From: a virus
Lineage: Duplodnaviria; Caudoviricetes
IMG/VR virus record: IMGVR_UViG_3300025131_009806
Span: 1 to 58,364 of that record
Strand: one strand, 5' to 3'
Length of the DNA stretch: 58,364 nucleotides
The notes below the pieces were generated by a model that searched no databases, was not told the DNA's origin, and was given only the letters and a program-made list of their open reading frames with translations. A program made the position numbers and the translations under genes. Positions within the stretch are counted from its first letter, which is position 1. Every line of letters begins with the position of its first letter. Positions 48,448-58,364 of this stretch are shown piece by piece.

Positions 48448-50028
48448 ATGTATAGAATATTAACTGCTAGTAAAGATACATACATTACAGATAAAATCAT
48501 TGACAACAGTTTCAGAGCAACTGATGCAAATGTAGGGCAAGCTGCAACTCTAGATTTATTTAAGCTCTACGCTGAATCAACATCAGGATCAGTCACATCT
48601 CCTATGGAGATAAGTCGGGCACTGATAAAATTCGACCTGGATCCTCTGAGAAGATTGACAGGCTCTTTTCTAGACATCAGCCACTCTTCTTTTAGGTGCA
48701 CATTAAATCTGTCTGATGTGTATGGTGGCCAAACTTGTCCTTCAAATTTTAAACTAATTGTTTTCCCACTTTCCCAGTCATTTGATGAGGGAATGGGTAG
48801 AGATATTGTTAGCTTTTCTGATTTAGATTCTTGCAACTTCATAACAGCTTCTACTAATGGCGGAACAGCAGTTCCGTGGTTTGTTTCAGGAGCTAATAAA
48901 CAGGGCCTTCTACATTCAGACAATATTGATATTATATCTAGCGGAAATCTTCTTGATGGAAATGGAGTTGTTAACTTGTGGAGACAAAAAACTTTTTCAA
49001 CAGGGGAGGAAAATCTATCTGTTGATGTCACAACAATTATTTCTGCAACTCTTGCAAATAGAATGCCAGACCATGGATTCAGAATCTCATATTCAGGATC
49101 TCAAGAAACTGACACTATCACTAGATTTGTTAAGAGATTTGGTTCTCGAAATAATACATCATTTTTTAATAGACCTCAGCTTATTGTTAAATTTAATGAT
49201 TCAATTCAGGACAATCATAGCTCATTTCTTTTTAATGTATCTGGATCACTTTTCTTAAATAATTTTCACAGAGGCAGGTACGCAAATATTTTAACAGGAA
49301 CCCGAGGAAAGATGCATGGTGTTTCTGGAAGTAATTCTCTACTTCTCAGGCTCACATCAGGGTCAATTGGAGCTTCAGGGACATTTTTTCAAAAGATAAT
49401 AACAGCATCCCAGCATCAGATAGGACAAAACTATATTACAGGAATTTATTCTGCATCTTTTTGTGTATCACAATTCACAGGAACAAATCCGCCAAATCGA
49501 GGAGAAATTAGATTCAATAGTGCCCTAGCTAATGAGATTAAAAATGCAGGATCTGCAACATTCACACAGATCTGGTCATCTTTAGATCAAACTGTTGCAT
49601 TTTTAACAGGAAGCTTAGTTATTAATACTGTCAATAGAAACTCATTTAGCAATCGAGCAAAGAGGCTTTTAACATCTATAACAAATATGAAAGATGAGTT
49701 TGGAATAGATGATAAATACAGATTTAGAGTTTTTGTAGAAGATATAGACAGGCCAGTCAGATATAAAAAAGTACCATTTGAAACTAAAAGCTCAATCTTT
49801 GATAGAATGTTTTATCAGATAAAAGACTTCAAGTCAGGAAAAATTGTTATTCCATTTGATACAACATATAACTCTACACTTCTTTCAACTGATAAGGATG
49901 GAATGTATTTTGATATTTATATGGACACGCTTTTTAAGGGAACCGTGTTCACTGTAGATTTTCTTATCAAGGCAGAGGGGTCAGATCTAATTTTTACTGA
50001 TGTTGCAGCAAAGTTTAGAGTTGTCTGA
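48448..50028 (+). CDS. Virion structural protein (baseplate-associated)
   Basis: ASKDTYI, SRALIKFDL, RPQLIVKFND (DNRLRE-like features); position in the baseplate operon. Confidence 0.55.
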   Translation: MYRILTASKDTYITDKIIDNSFRATDANVGQAATLDLFKLYAESTSGSVTSPMEISRALIKFDLDPLRRLTGSFLDISHSSFRCTLNLSDVYGGQTCPSNFKLIVFPLSQSFDEGMGRDIVSFSDLDSCNFITASTNGGTAVPWFVSGANKQGLLHSDNIDIISSGNLLDGNGVVNLWRQKTFSTGEENLSVDVTTIISATLANRMPDHGFRISYSGSQETDTITRFVKRFGSRNNTSFFNRPQLIVKFNDSIQDNHSSFLFNVSGSLFLNNFHRGRYANILTGTRGKMHGVSGSNSLLLRLTSGSIGASGTFFQKIITASQHQIGQNYITGIYSASFCVSQFTGTNPPNRGEIRFNSALANEIKNAGSATFTQIWSSLDQTVAFLTGSLVINTVNRNSFSNRAKRLLTSITNMKDEFGIDDKYRFRVFVEDIDRPVRYKKVPFETKSSIFDRMFYQIKDFKSGKIVIPFDTTYNSTLLSTDKDGMYFDIYMDTLFKGTVFTVDFLIKAEGSDLIFTDVAAKFRVV

Positions 50029-50036
50029 GGTGGTCG

Positions 50037-53000
50037 GTGTCGAATTTTAAAATAAACTCAAGACCTAGACTATTCAACCCATCAGTTGTCCGTGGTCAGT
50101 TCAAAGTTGCTAAGCCTTCAAAAATATCTCTATCTCAGCTAGGAGATACAAATTTTCAAAGCACATCATCTTTTAGATATGACACTGCTCGCTCACCCCT
50201 CAAGTCTACGCAAGAGATCTCGCTAGACTGGTCAAGATTTGAAAATCACACATTTTTTAACTCAGCAGAATCAAAAGTCAACATAGCTTTTCAGAGAATT
50301 ATAAATGAATATCCCTTTGATGGAACTTTGAAAGAGGTAGAGGCATTTGAAGACTCTCTCACCGGATATGAAAAATATATCTTGGATATATTTCCTAAGT
50401 CTGCTGGATTTCTAAATTTTTCTGGAACATCAGAAAGTGAAAATCCAGCATCTGGATATGGTGAAAAATTAGGAACATACATATCAGTTCAAGACAGAGC
50501 GGGAGTTCTATTTCCAGATTTTTCTAAGAATAGAACAGCAGAATCAATTCTTGATTTCGGAAAAGATAGCTTTTCTATCGAGCTAGAGCTATATCCGGCC
50601 CCCAGAGAAAATGAAAATCAAATAATCTGTCAAAAGAGATCAAATTCTAATGACTCAATAACTGTTGCGCTATCAGAATCTTCTTCGACATCTAAGTGTG
50701 ATCTCATATTTTCAGTGACATCAGGATCTGCAACATTATTTGCAAGCTCTTCAATAGAAAAGGGAAGATTCAATCATATCTGTACAACATTTGACAGATC
50801 TCCCGGTCAAGGTATCTTAAAGATATTTGTAAGTGAATCTCTCAGGGTGACATCTTCAATGGCTTTTGAAATGGGAAGTCTTTCTTTTGGCAGAGCAAAT
50901 TTTATAATAGGCTCTGGTTCTTCTGTAAAGACCCCAGAGTGGAGCACTCCCCACGGAGAAAAAGAATTTATTCCCAAGGTAACATTTTCTGGATCGATGG
51001 ATGAGGTTCGAGTTTTTCACTCTACTAGAAGTGATATTGATCAAAAAAGAGATTCACGCCGTGGAATATATGCCAGCAATGACCTCAAGCTATATTTTAA
51101 ATTTAATGAACCCACTGGATCTTTTAATCTGAAGTCTGTTGTCCTAGATAGTTCTGGAAACTCTCTTCATAGTGAGATTAAAAATTTTGAGATAGGGCTA
51201 AGAATTTCAGGATCTATTTCTAACCCTCTGTCTTCTGAAAATCTAAAGAGAAATCCTATTCTCTTTCCCTCCTACTATAAAATTTCTAACCTCAATAGAA
51301 AACTTTTAGTATCTGCTAGCTTATATGATAGAGAAAATCCAAATTTAATCACTAGTTTGATTCCTATGCACTTCTTACTAGAGGGACAGTATAATCAAGG
51401 ATTAGATAGTGAGAAGGGTGACATAGGCTCACCTATTTCTGGAAAATCTATTCCTGGATCTGCTAGGATCGGGTCAGCTCAATACCTAACAGCATTTCTT
51501 CTCATATGGGCTAAGTTTTATGATGAGATGAAGATATTTGTTGATCATTTTTCACGAGTGCTCTCAGTTGACTATGATGATAATCTTTCAATCACTGATA
51601 AATTTTTACCGTTTGTTGCGGATTATTATGGATTTACGTTGCCGTCACTTTTTTCAAATGTTGATCCAGTACAGTTTATTAACGGTGATGACATACAAAA
51701 GACATATTCTCAATCAACTAATTCTATAAAGTATGTTCAAAGTCAAATCTGGAAAAGAATTCTAATAAACCTTAATGATATAACTACGTCGAAAGGAACA
51801 ACTTACAGCATACGGTCTCTTTTAAGATCAGCAGGAATTAATCCAGATAATATATTCAATATTCGAGAATATGGTGGTCCAACTAAAAGATCTCTAGCGG
51901 GTCGTAGGCAGACCAAGTCTGAAACTGCAACAAGCCTTGATTTCTCAGGTAGCCTTAACCCATCTTCTTTCACTCCAGATACCCAGGGATTTTCTAGTGA
52001 TATTCCACACCTGGTGTCACCATTTCTATCTGCCTCTAGGGTAGAGGTGGGATATCCAGAACAGGTTGGTACGATGGTCTCTAAAGTTAGATATCCGCCA
52101 CATGGAATATCTAGTGATCCCAGTGATGGGCTATTAACATCAGGATCATTTACATATGAGGCAATCTATCAGTTTGAAAAAAATAAGGATCATCCCGGAG
52201 AACAAAGTCTTGTACGATTCCATGTAACTGGTACTTCATCTCCGTCTAATGTAAACGGTGTCCTGGCAAACGTGACTGTTGTTTCTGGAGCTCAGAATTC
52301 AATGACATCTAGTGGTGATGATTTAAAACTATTTGTCAGGTCTGACTCTAATTCTTCAACTTCACCAACACTAGCACTTATATTGACCGGACTTAATATT
52401 TTTGATGGAAACCTGTGGAATGTATCTTTTGGACGAACACGGTCTGATGATAGACCCGAAACAGATTCACAAACATATCTTACTAAGAGGTCATCAGCTG
52501 TTCAGTCTTCTTCTTATTTTTTAAGATGTGCAAGACAATCTTACGGAAGCGTGAGTCAAATATTTATGACATCGTCATATTTTATGTCTGCACCAGTTGT
52601 AGCATCATCAGATGATTCATTTCAAAAGATCTCGACAGCATATAATGTTTCTGGTGCATTTATTGCAATAGGCTCTCAGTCACTAGGCGGAGCAGCTTCT
52701 GGTCGCTTTCTTAATTCTGTAGATGATTCTGGCCAATATAGAAATGCCCTATTTACTAAATTTTCAGGACAGGTGTCTCAAATAAGATTTTGGTCTAACG
52801 CCCTCAGTGAAAGATCATGGATAGAACATGTCCGAAGCTTCAAGTCACTCGGAGTAGAAAATCCTCTTATTAATTTTAACTTTAATGATTTCTCAACAGG
52901 TTCATTTGGGAGACTCCGTGTCAATGCATCAACAGATCAGAGAATTTTAACTGCAGGATCAGATAGAAAGATAAGAATATTTGATTTCTCACAAAACGGA

Positions 53001-53639
53001 TATCACCTTAGCGGCTCTGGATTTGAAAAAAATACAGATGCAATAGGATCTGAAACATTTTATTTTAGTTATCTATCACCTGCATTTGACATCTCTCAGA
53101 CAGACAATAAGGTCAGAGTGAGAAGTTACCAAGATCCAGAGCTGATATCTCTCAGTGAATATGCAACATCTACACCTACATATGAGGTGAGAAAAAGTGA
53201 GGAACCTGATGACGATGCAAGATTTAGAATAGAGATGTCATCAGTTAGTGGCCTTAATGAGGATATCATGAGAATATTTGGCTCGCTAGACTTTTTTGAT
53301 GATGCTCTCGGAAGGCCTAATCTTTTATTTGATGAGTTCTACCCTGACCTCGACCAGATCAGAAAGATCTACTTTAATAGACTCAAAGAGAAGCCTGACT
53401 TACAAATCTTTTTTGACATGTTTAAATGGTTCAGTTCAGCATATGGTGATCTTTTAGGCCAGCTTATACCAAAGAGAACAAAATTTTTAGGCGTAAACTT
53501 TGTAATAGAGTCGCATGTAATAGAAAGAAGTAAGTTTAGATACTTATTTGATGAAATTTATCTAAAAGCACTCTTCAGAGACAATGATAGGGGAAATCTA
53601 TTACTTTCTCAGATTGTTGGACACTTATGTAAATTTTAG
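50037..53639 (+). CDS. Large baseplate/tail protein with LamG domain(s) and a gp7/tail-I-like segment
   Basis: FSIELEL, FNHICTTFD, FSGSMDEVRVFH, LYFKFNE; FLPFVADYYG...KGTTYSIRSLL..AGI; FSGQVSQIRFWS. Confidence 0.7.
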   Translation: MSNFKINSRPRLFNPSVVRGQFKVAKPSKISLSQLGDTNFQSTSSFRYDTARSPLKSTQEISLDWSRFENHTFFNSAESKVNIAFQRIINEYPFDGTLKEVEAFEDSLTGYEKYILDIFPKSAGFLNFSGTSESENPASGYGEKLGTYISVQDRAGVLFPDFSKNRTAESILDFGKDSFSIELELYPAPRENENQIICQKRSNSNDSITVALSESSSTSKCDLIFSVTSGSATLFASSSIEKGRFNHICTTFDRSPGQGILKIFVSESLRVTSSMAFEMGSLSFGRANFIIGSGSSVKTPEWSTPHGEKEFIPKVTFSGSMDEVRVFHSTRSDIDQKRDSRRGIYASNDLKLYFKFNEPTGSFNLKSVVLDSSGNSLHSEIKNFEIGLRISGSISNPLSSENLKRNPILFPSYYKISNLNRKLLVSASLYDRENPNLITSLIPMHFLLEGQYNQGLDSEKGDIGSPISGKSIPGSARIGSAQYLTAFLLIWAKFYDEMKIFVDHFSRVLSVDYDDNLSITDKFLPFVADYYGFTLPSLFSNVDPVQFINGDDIQKTYSQSTNSIKYVQSQIWKRILINLNDITTSKGTTYSIRSLLRSAGINPDNIFNIREYGGPTKRSLAGRRQTKSETATSLDFSGSLNPSSFTPDTQGFSSDIPHLVSPFLSASRVEVGYPEQVGTMVSKVRYPPHGISSDPSDGLLTSGSFTYEAIYQFEKNKDHPGEQSLVRFHVTGTSSPSNVNGVLANVTVVSGAQNSMTSSGDDLKLFVRSDSNSSTSPTLALILTGLNIFDGNLWNVSFGRTRSDDRPETDSQTYLTKRSSAVQSSSYFLRCARQSYGSVSQIFMTSSYFMSAPVVASSDDSFQKISTAYNVSGAFIAIGSQSLGGAASGRFLNSVDDSGQYRNALFTKFSGQVSQIRFWSNALSERSWIEHVRSFKSLGVENPLINFNFNDFSTGSFGRLRVNASTDQRILTAGSDRKIRIFDFSQNGYHLSGSGFEKNTDAIGSETFYFSYLSPAFDISQTDNKVRVRSYQDPELISLSEYATSTPTYEVRKSEEPDDDARFRIEMSSVSGLNEDIMRIFGSLDFFDDALGRPNLLFDEFYPDLDQIRKIYFNRLKEKPDLQIFFDMFKWFSSAYGDLLGQLIPKRTKFLGVNFVIESHVIERSKFRYLFDEIYLKALFRDNDRGNLLLSQIVGHLCKF

Positions 53640-53647
53640 GATCAGAT

Positions 53648-54571
53648 ATGTCAATAAAACCATTTGTAGATAGACCAAAAGTTGATATAGGCCAGGATGT
53701 CACTATTCTGCCTGCCTCTGGCGGGATGAATACTAGTGAGATAGATAGATTTAGGCAGGGAGTCAGCATGCGGCACTGGCGTGACTTTAAGTGCTCTCTA
53801 GTTCCAATGATCACGTCTAAGGGGTTTATACACAATGCTAGTGCAAGGATGGATTTTTCGCTCAACAAGTCAGACTACGGTCAGCCAAAACTATTTGAAG
53901 ATCTAGGAAACAACGGTGTATTCAATGGAATCTTCTCTCCTTTTGATGACATAGTAGGTGTATTCAGCGGAAAAGACTTCATAGAGGATCCAGGGACTCA
54001 GATGTATCCTAATGTTATGGTCAGCCCAAATTGGCTAGATCCTGCTATGATGGACGGAGTATTAGACCCACTTCAGATAAGACATCAGATGAGCAATACT
54101 AATGCTGAAGGACCGTTTTCAGCTCATGGCATAAGAGGTGCCCTGATGCCGAATATTGGAAATGAGATACTTGGCAGGGGAACCTTTATATGGTCTGTTA
54201 TTCCATTTGAACCAGAAGCTAAGAATCCACCGTATTATGACTCACAGGATGTACCTATGGAAATTACGTCTCCGACAGGAGATAAATTTGTATTATCATT
54301 TCCTGGATTTGACTATCCTGAGGAGACACAAGTCGAGCCATTTGATGACACTGTTCTCTCTGAGAAGATAGAAAGTCAGCAATTTAATATACTTAACACA
54401 CTATCTGGCTCTGTATTAGGAGCCGGCGAGTTCGGAATATATCAGAAGTCTGCAACAGTCGGGTTTATCTATAGGGACGGAAACTATATCATAAAGAAAG
54501 GCCAGATAGAGACTGGTGTGAAACGAGTCATGGGAACTGACTCTATAGCATTTGGAGGGTTCCTTAAGTAA
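53648..54571 (+). CDS. Hypothetical virion-associated protein
   Basis: Coupled within the structural operon; ends GTDSIAFGGFLK. Confidence 0.55.
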   Translation: MSIKPFVDRPKVDIGQDVTILPASGGMNTSEIDRFRQGVSMRHWRDFKCSLVPMITSKGFIHNASARMDFSLNKSDYGQPKLFEDLGNNGVFNGIFSPFDDIVGVFSGKDFIEDPGTQMYPNVMVSPNWLDPAMMDGVLDPLQIRHQMSNTNAEGPFSAHGIRGALMPNIGNEILGRGTFIWSVIPFEPEAKNPPYYDSQDVPMEITSPTGDKFVLSFPGFDYPEETQVEPFDDTVLSEKIESQQFNILNTLSGSVLGAGEFGIYQKSATVGFIYRDGNYIIKKGQIETGVKRVMGTDSIAFGGFLK

Positions 54572-57500
54572 TGCCACGATTACAATTAGCCTCATATGAC
54601 CTAAGTGATACGTTTCAAGACTCGAGTGGAAATGTCTACTCATACCATAGCGGACAGGATCTAAAAGTCTGGATTCGTCCCGCTCCTGACGAACCAAAAG
54701 ATCTGAGTAGAAATAATCTATCTTGCGAGTACGATGATGATCCGCCTATCTCTGATGCAACAATTGGTAGTAAGTCTTATCCTGTGATAGGTGATCAGGC
54801 CAGCAGCCCTGGTGTTATAGAAGTCTCGAACTCGACCGGAGACCTCTCATTTACCAGCCTGCCAAGCGCGGGAACGCCAACGACATCTTCAGATAGACCA
54901 TTTTCAATAAGTATGTGGGTGAAAGTAGATTCGCCGCACGCTTCGGGCACAGGATATATAGCCTGGAAGCCAAGCTTATCATACGGAGAGTATGGGCTCA
55001 TCATAGCCACCGACGACTCGCTGCGATTCCAGCTCTACGACGACGATAACGATGCCTCCCAGTTCGTGCTCACCACCGGGGAAATCCCATTAGGTCAGTG
55101 GAATCACATAGTTGTAACATATGACGGTCGAGGGGGAACCGGTGCAGCGACCGTCACCGCTGCCCTGGGCCTGAAAATCTATATGAATGGATCAGACTAC
55201 TCTGGGTCCCGGACCTACGCCGGCAGCTACAAAGGAATGCAGCCTAATTGGGGTGCTGATCTAGTCATACGAAATTTCGCGCCCGCGAACTCGGCTGTTT
55301 TTAAGGGTGAGATTGCAGAGATCGCTCTGTGGAATAGAGAGCTACCTGAAGTAGATATTCTCACAATATATAACGCAACACGAAACGGTGCCTATGATCT
55401 ATTTACCGGATATCTCAATAATCCAGTTAGAACAATCGTAAGAAGCAGAGACAATGCGACAGGATCATACCCATCAGTTCTAAGAACCACTGGATTTAAG
55501 CAGAGCACACCAGATCCATTTGATGATAACAGGACAGTTGTATTTCACACGATAAAAAAGTTTAGAAAGTTGGGCGCTAATAGGCAGGCGGTCTTCACAG
55601 ATCCGCTCATGGATGTCCACTATCCGGTCATGCTCACAAAGGTAGATCACGACAAGTACTATAGGAACTGGGTATCAACACCTAACACATCTGGGTCAAT
55701 CATCGCATCAGGTAGTGTGGGACCATTCATATCTCTACAGGGACTAGAGCCATCAATAAATCAGCACAGAGACTTCACACCGTTTAATGAGAGCAGGGTC
55801 TACATAGACCCAGGAAGCACATTTTACATGACAGGAACGAAGAGGACAACCTATCCTGGCTTCACATCTCCACTAGAGGACAAGGTCCAGATAGTGATAC
55901 CCCTTCCAAATGTAAGTGATAAGATCTGTAGCAGGTGGAATAGTGACTTCGGCGGTGATGCGGTTGCCGGCACAAACTTTATTGAGCCAGGTGTGACAGA
56001 TTCAACAGATGTAGAGGTCACACCGACATCACAGTATAGTGGATTTAGCTACTACAACTGGATTAATGGAAGATGGGAGGACATAGGCCTCTATGATCCT
56101 GCGACTGGGATAGCACGCAAGACACACATGTTCTATCTAGCTGCTGAGAAAAGACAGGGCAGCACTTATCTATATCCAGAGTTTCTTCCATATGCGAGTG
56201 ATGGGAAGCACAAGCAGCCGTGGCACATCCAGCCACCGTCTTATCAGTTTAAGATGTCACATCACACAATGTACATGACAAGGACATATAATGACTTAAT
56301 CATGACAGGTGCCTATGGAAAGATAGGCGCGCCCACAATTGCAGCCGCCGCTCCGCAGCATCCTAGGTATCACGCAACTTCATCACAAGCCCTGTCTCTC
56401 TCTAGTTACATAAAGCATCCATTCCTGCTTGAGAAGGCAGTTATTGAGATACCGGTCATCGTCAGAAGAAAGAATGGTGCGTCATACCCACCTGGGGGTT
56501 CATATAAGGTCGACGGCGGTGACAGAGACATAGATAATTACACATTTTTCATGTACAGACAGCAGAGAAGACCGTCATTTAAGATCAATATGCCGACTAG
56601 TCCCTCTGATCAGCAGAACTATATAGAAAGAGATAGCGCAGCAGATGTAAGCGGTAGCACAAGGTTTCTAGTCATGAGTGCTTCAGCTGCTTTTTATAAT
56701 AGCCCCTCGATAAGATCGTCAGCCCTACAAAGTGAAATATCATCTCTAGGGCTACCACACACACCATCCTTTGAATATGACTTTAACCTAGAGGTAGACA
56801 GTGACAGCATCCCGAGCGAAGGTGCTGAAGCAGCATTCACAGGATCTATTCGTCTAGAGTTTATTCCAGCAGTTGCAAATAGAGGAGACTGGGGAGGATC
56901 CCGATTCGCAATCAGGAGCGGTACAGTTCCGGGTGAAGCCACCAAATTCCCCAGCACGTCGTGGCAGCCGATCTCAGCATATACCTCAGCGGTCATACAA
57001 GATTTCTGGCCAGGCGGCACCACAGACACCTCCCAGATGCAATTACACTCGAGCTCCTGGGCATACATGCAAGCTGCAGGAGAATGGCGAGTAGCAGGGC
57101 CCATCCCGACAACGAATGATGCCGGGCCTTATTCTCTATCTCCCTTCGAGGCTAGGTGGGGGAATCTAATTCAGGTGACCCAGCACTCGACAGAGAATAC
57201 AGACCCTGAAATTATTATCTCAGAACCGGGTGCTAACAGACCGTTCACGGGTCGTGCAGGCTTCAGCACTGATGAGCGGTCCACAGGCTCATTGGGCTAT
57301 TACCCCGAGACTGGGGCTGGTGCTGGCGACAACTTCCCGAGGACAGGGTACATATGCCGAGGAATCAAGGTTGATCAGATATCTCCAAATACACCCTCTC
57401 CATACCTGCTACTTCCTGAGGATGAGATAGTCATTGGGATCGATGCAAGCATATCATCTACGATGGTGTCTGGGACACAGGACCAGCTTGGATTTGATAA

Positions 57501-58364
57501 GAGTAACCATGACATGACCCACGCGGCCGGAAAGACCAGGTGCAATGCTCTTAACATCATGTCTGGATCATTCATGAAGATCATGGCTGGAGAGGCAAAG
57601 CTCACGCTCTTTGGCTCGCTCATAAAGGAGGACAAGGAGCACATGTCGAGCCTCGACCAGAACCTCACGTCAGATGCCATTCACCATGACATCCATCAGG
57701 TCGGTCCGCTTGATCAGTACATGATAGGGTCAGCTAAAGACTATCGAGGTACTTACATCGATAGATACATAACTGGATCAATGAGCGTTCGAGGGAGACC
57801 TCTCGCTGACGGAAGAGCTGGAACACGTGGTGTCAGCATGCTTTTTTCGTCAGAGGATGATATCGTGCCCAATTTCAAGGGTCCCGTTTCAAGACTGTCA
57901 AGGGGAGGTCTCAATTACCTAACTTCACAAAATTTATCTGGAAGTCTTCTTCGAGGTGTCAAGCTAGTTGACAAGTCTGAGAGATTTTATGACACACTTC
58001 TTCCAGACTATGTTGAGTATGCTAGTCTTCACAACGTCGACAGCGACGGTGACAAGACCGCGCTCGGAGTCTTCTATGTATCTAATAATTTATCTAGAGG
58101 AGTAACTAAGGTAAACAGACAGGGACATACGGTAATATATGCGTTTAGTAGCATGTGGGAGGGACTCTGGGGTAGGCCAGTTATCGAAGACACCGGTCAA
58201 GATCCTTATACCGCACAACCGACCCTAAGATCATATGATGATGGGAGGATCCTCCGGTACAGATCAGGCAGAGAGCTTCCATATGCCACCAACCCTACAA
58301 GAATGTCTTCAGATAGATTTATATCTATAGGTGCGAGATATGATGATGCGATCTGGGAGGCACC
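54571..58364 (+). CDS. Large LamG/concanavalin-A-like domain virion protein, 3'-truncated (absent from the ORF track)
   Basis: TAATG-coupled ATG at 54571. Reads MPRLQLASYDLSD...PFSISMWVK...QWNHIVVTYDG...LKIYMNG...FKGEIAEIALWNREL; no in-frame stop seen to the window end. Confidence 0.8.
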   Translation, partial: MPRLQLASYDLSDTFQDSSGNVYSYHSGQDLKVWIRPAPDEPKDLSRNNLSCEYDDDPPISDATIGSKSYPVIGDQASSPGVIEVSNSTGDLSFTSLPSAGTPTTSSDRPFSISMWVKVDSPHASGTGYIAWKPSLSYGEYGLIIATDDSLRFQLYDDDNDASQFVLTTGEIPLGQWNHIVVTYDGRGGTGAATVTAALGLKIYMNGSDYSGSRTYAGSYKGMQPNWGADLVIRNFAPANSAVFKGEIAEIALWNRELPEVDILTIYNATRNGAYDLFTGYLNNPVRTIVRSRDNATGSYPSVLRTTGFKQSTPDPFDDNRTVVFHTIKKFRKLGANRQAVFTDPLMDVHYPVMLTKVDHDKYYRNWVSTPNTSGSIIASGSVGPFISLQGLEPSINQHRDFTPFNESRVYIDPGSTFYMTGTKRTTYPGFTSPLEDKVQIVIPLPNVSDKICSRWNSDFGGDAVAGTNFIEPGVTDSTDVEVTPTSQYSGFSYYNWINGRWEDIGLYDPATGIARKTHMFYLAAEKRQGSTYLYPEFLPYASDGKHKQPWHIQPPSYQFKMSHHTMYMTRTYNDLIMTGAYGKIGAPTIAAAAPQHPRYHATSSQALSLSSYIKHPFLLEKAVIEIPVIVRRKNGASYPPGGSYKVDGGDRDIDNYTFFMYRQQRRPSFKINMPTSPSDQQNYIERDSAADVSGSTRFLVMSASAAFYNSPSIRSSALQSEISSLGLPHTPSFEYDFNLEVDSDSIPSEGAEAAFTGSIRLEFIPAVANRGDWGGSRFAIRSGTVPGEATKFPSTSWQPISAYTSAVIQDFWPGGTTDTSQMQLHSSSWAYMQAAGEWRVAGPIPTTNDAGPYSLSPFEARWGNLIQVTQHSTENTDPEIIISEPGANRPFTGRAGFSTDERSTGSLGYYPETGAGAGDNFPRTGYICRGIKVDQISPNTPSPYLLLPEDEIVIGIDASISSTMVSGTQDQLGFDKSNHDMTHAAGKTRCNALNIMSGSFMKIMAGEAKLTLFGSLIKEDKEHMSSLDQNLTSDAIHHDIHQVGPLDQYMIGSAKDYRGTYIDRYITGSMSVRGRPLADGRAGTRGVSMLFSSEDDIVPNFKGPVSRLSRGGLNYLTSQNLSGSLLRGVKLVDKSERFYDTLLPDYVEYASLHNVDSDGDKTALGVFYVSNNLSRGVTKVNRQGHTVIYAFSSMWEGLWGRPVIEDTGQDPYTAQPTLRSYDDGRILRYRSGRELPYATNPTRMSSDRFISIGARYDDAIWEA

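Noticed and set aside
44063-53639. Bacterial contractile injection system (eCIS, T6SS or tailocin)
   Set aside because: A T4-like gp6, a gp55-like sigma factor, a phage nuclease and the absence of host housekeeping genes fit a large phage better; a prophage cannot be fully excluded.
308-57680. Short minus-strand and nested plus-strand ORFs in the track
   Set aside because: All overlap longer motif-bearing genes and lack recognisable motifs; those after 54571 are shadows of the uncalled terminal ORF.
1-58364. Stop-codon reassignment, introns/inteins, tRNAs
   Set aside because: Genes are full-length and tightly packed in the standard code with all three stops used; no intein motifs seen, and the intergenic gaps are short with no cloverleaf.

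Overview
This is a + strand-only, tightly coupled gene array from a large contractile-tailed (myovirus-like, probably jumbo) phage. It opens with two GC-richer repetitive tail-fibre genes (1-6278; the first is 5'-truncated). Next is an AT-rich ~33-kb block of 36 consecutive glycan genes (6344-39242): nucleotide-sugar enzymes, a nonulosonic-acid module with a eukaryote-type GT29 sialyltransferase, about 9 glycosyltransferase genes and many tailoring enzymes. The block has no flippase, polymerase, ABC exporter or lipid-carrier initiating transferase. After it come a Cas4/RecB-like nuclease, two more GT4s, a gp55-like late sigma factor and a baseplate/tail module (gp5-, gp25- and gp6-like proteins and LamG proteins). 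A >1260-codon LamG ORF missing from the ORF track runs off the 3' end. Main hypothesis: a cytoplasmic, phage-encoded virion glycosylation system whose acceptors are the [ST]-[GA]-[ST] tripeptides that recur in unrelated outer virion proteins. All calls come from motif recognition by eye; no searches were run.
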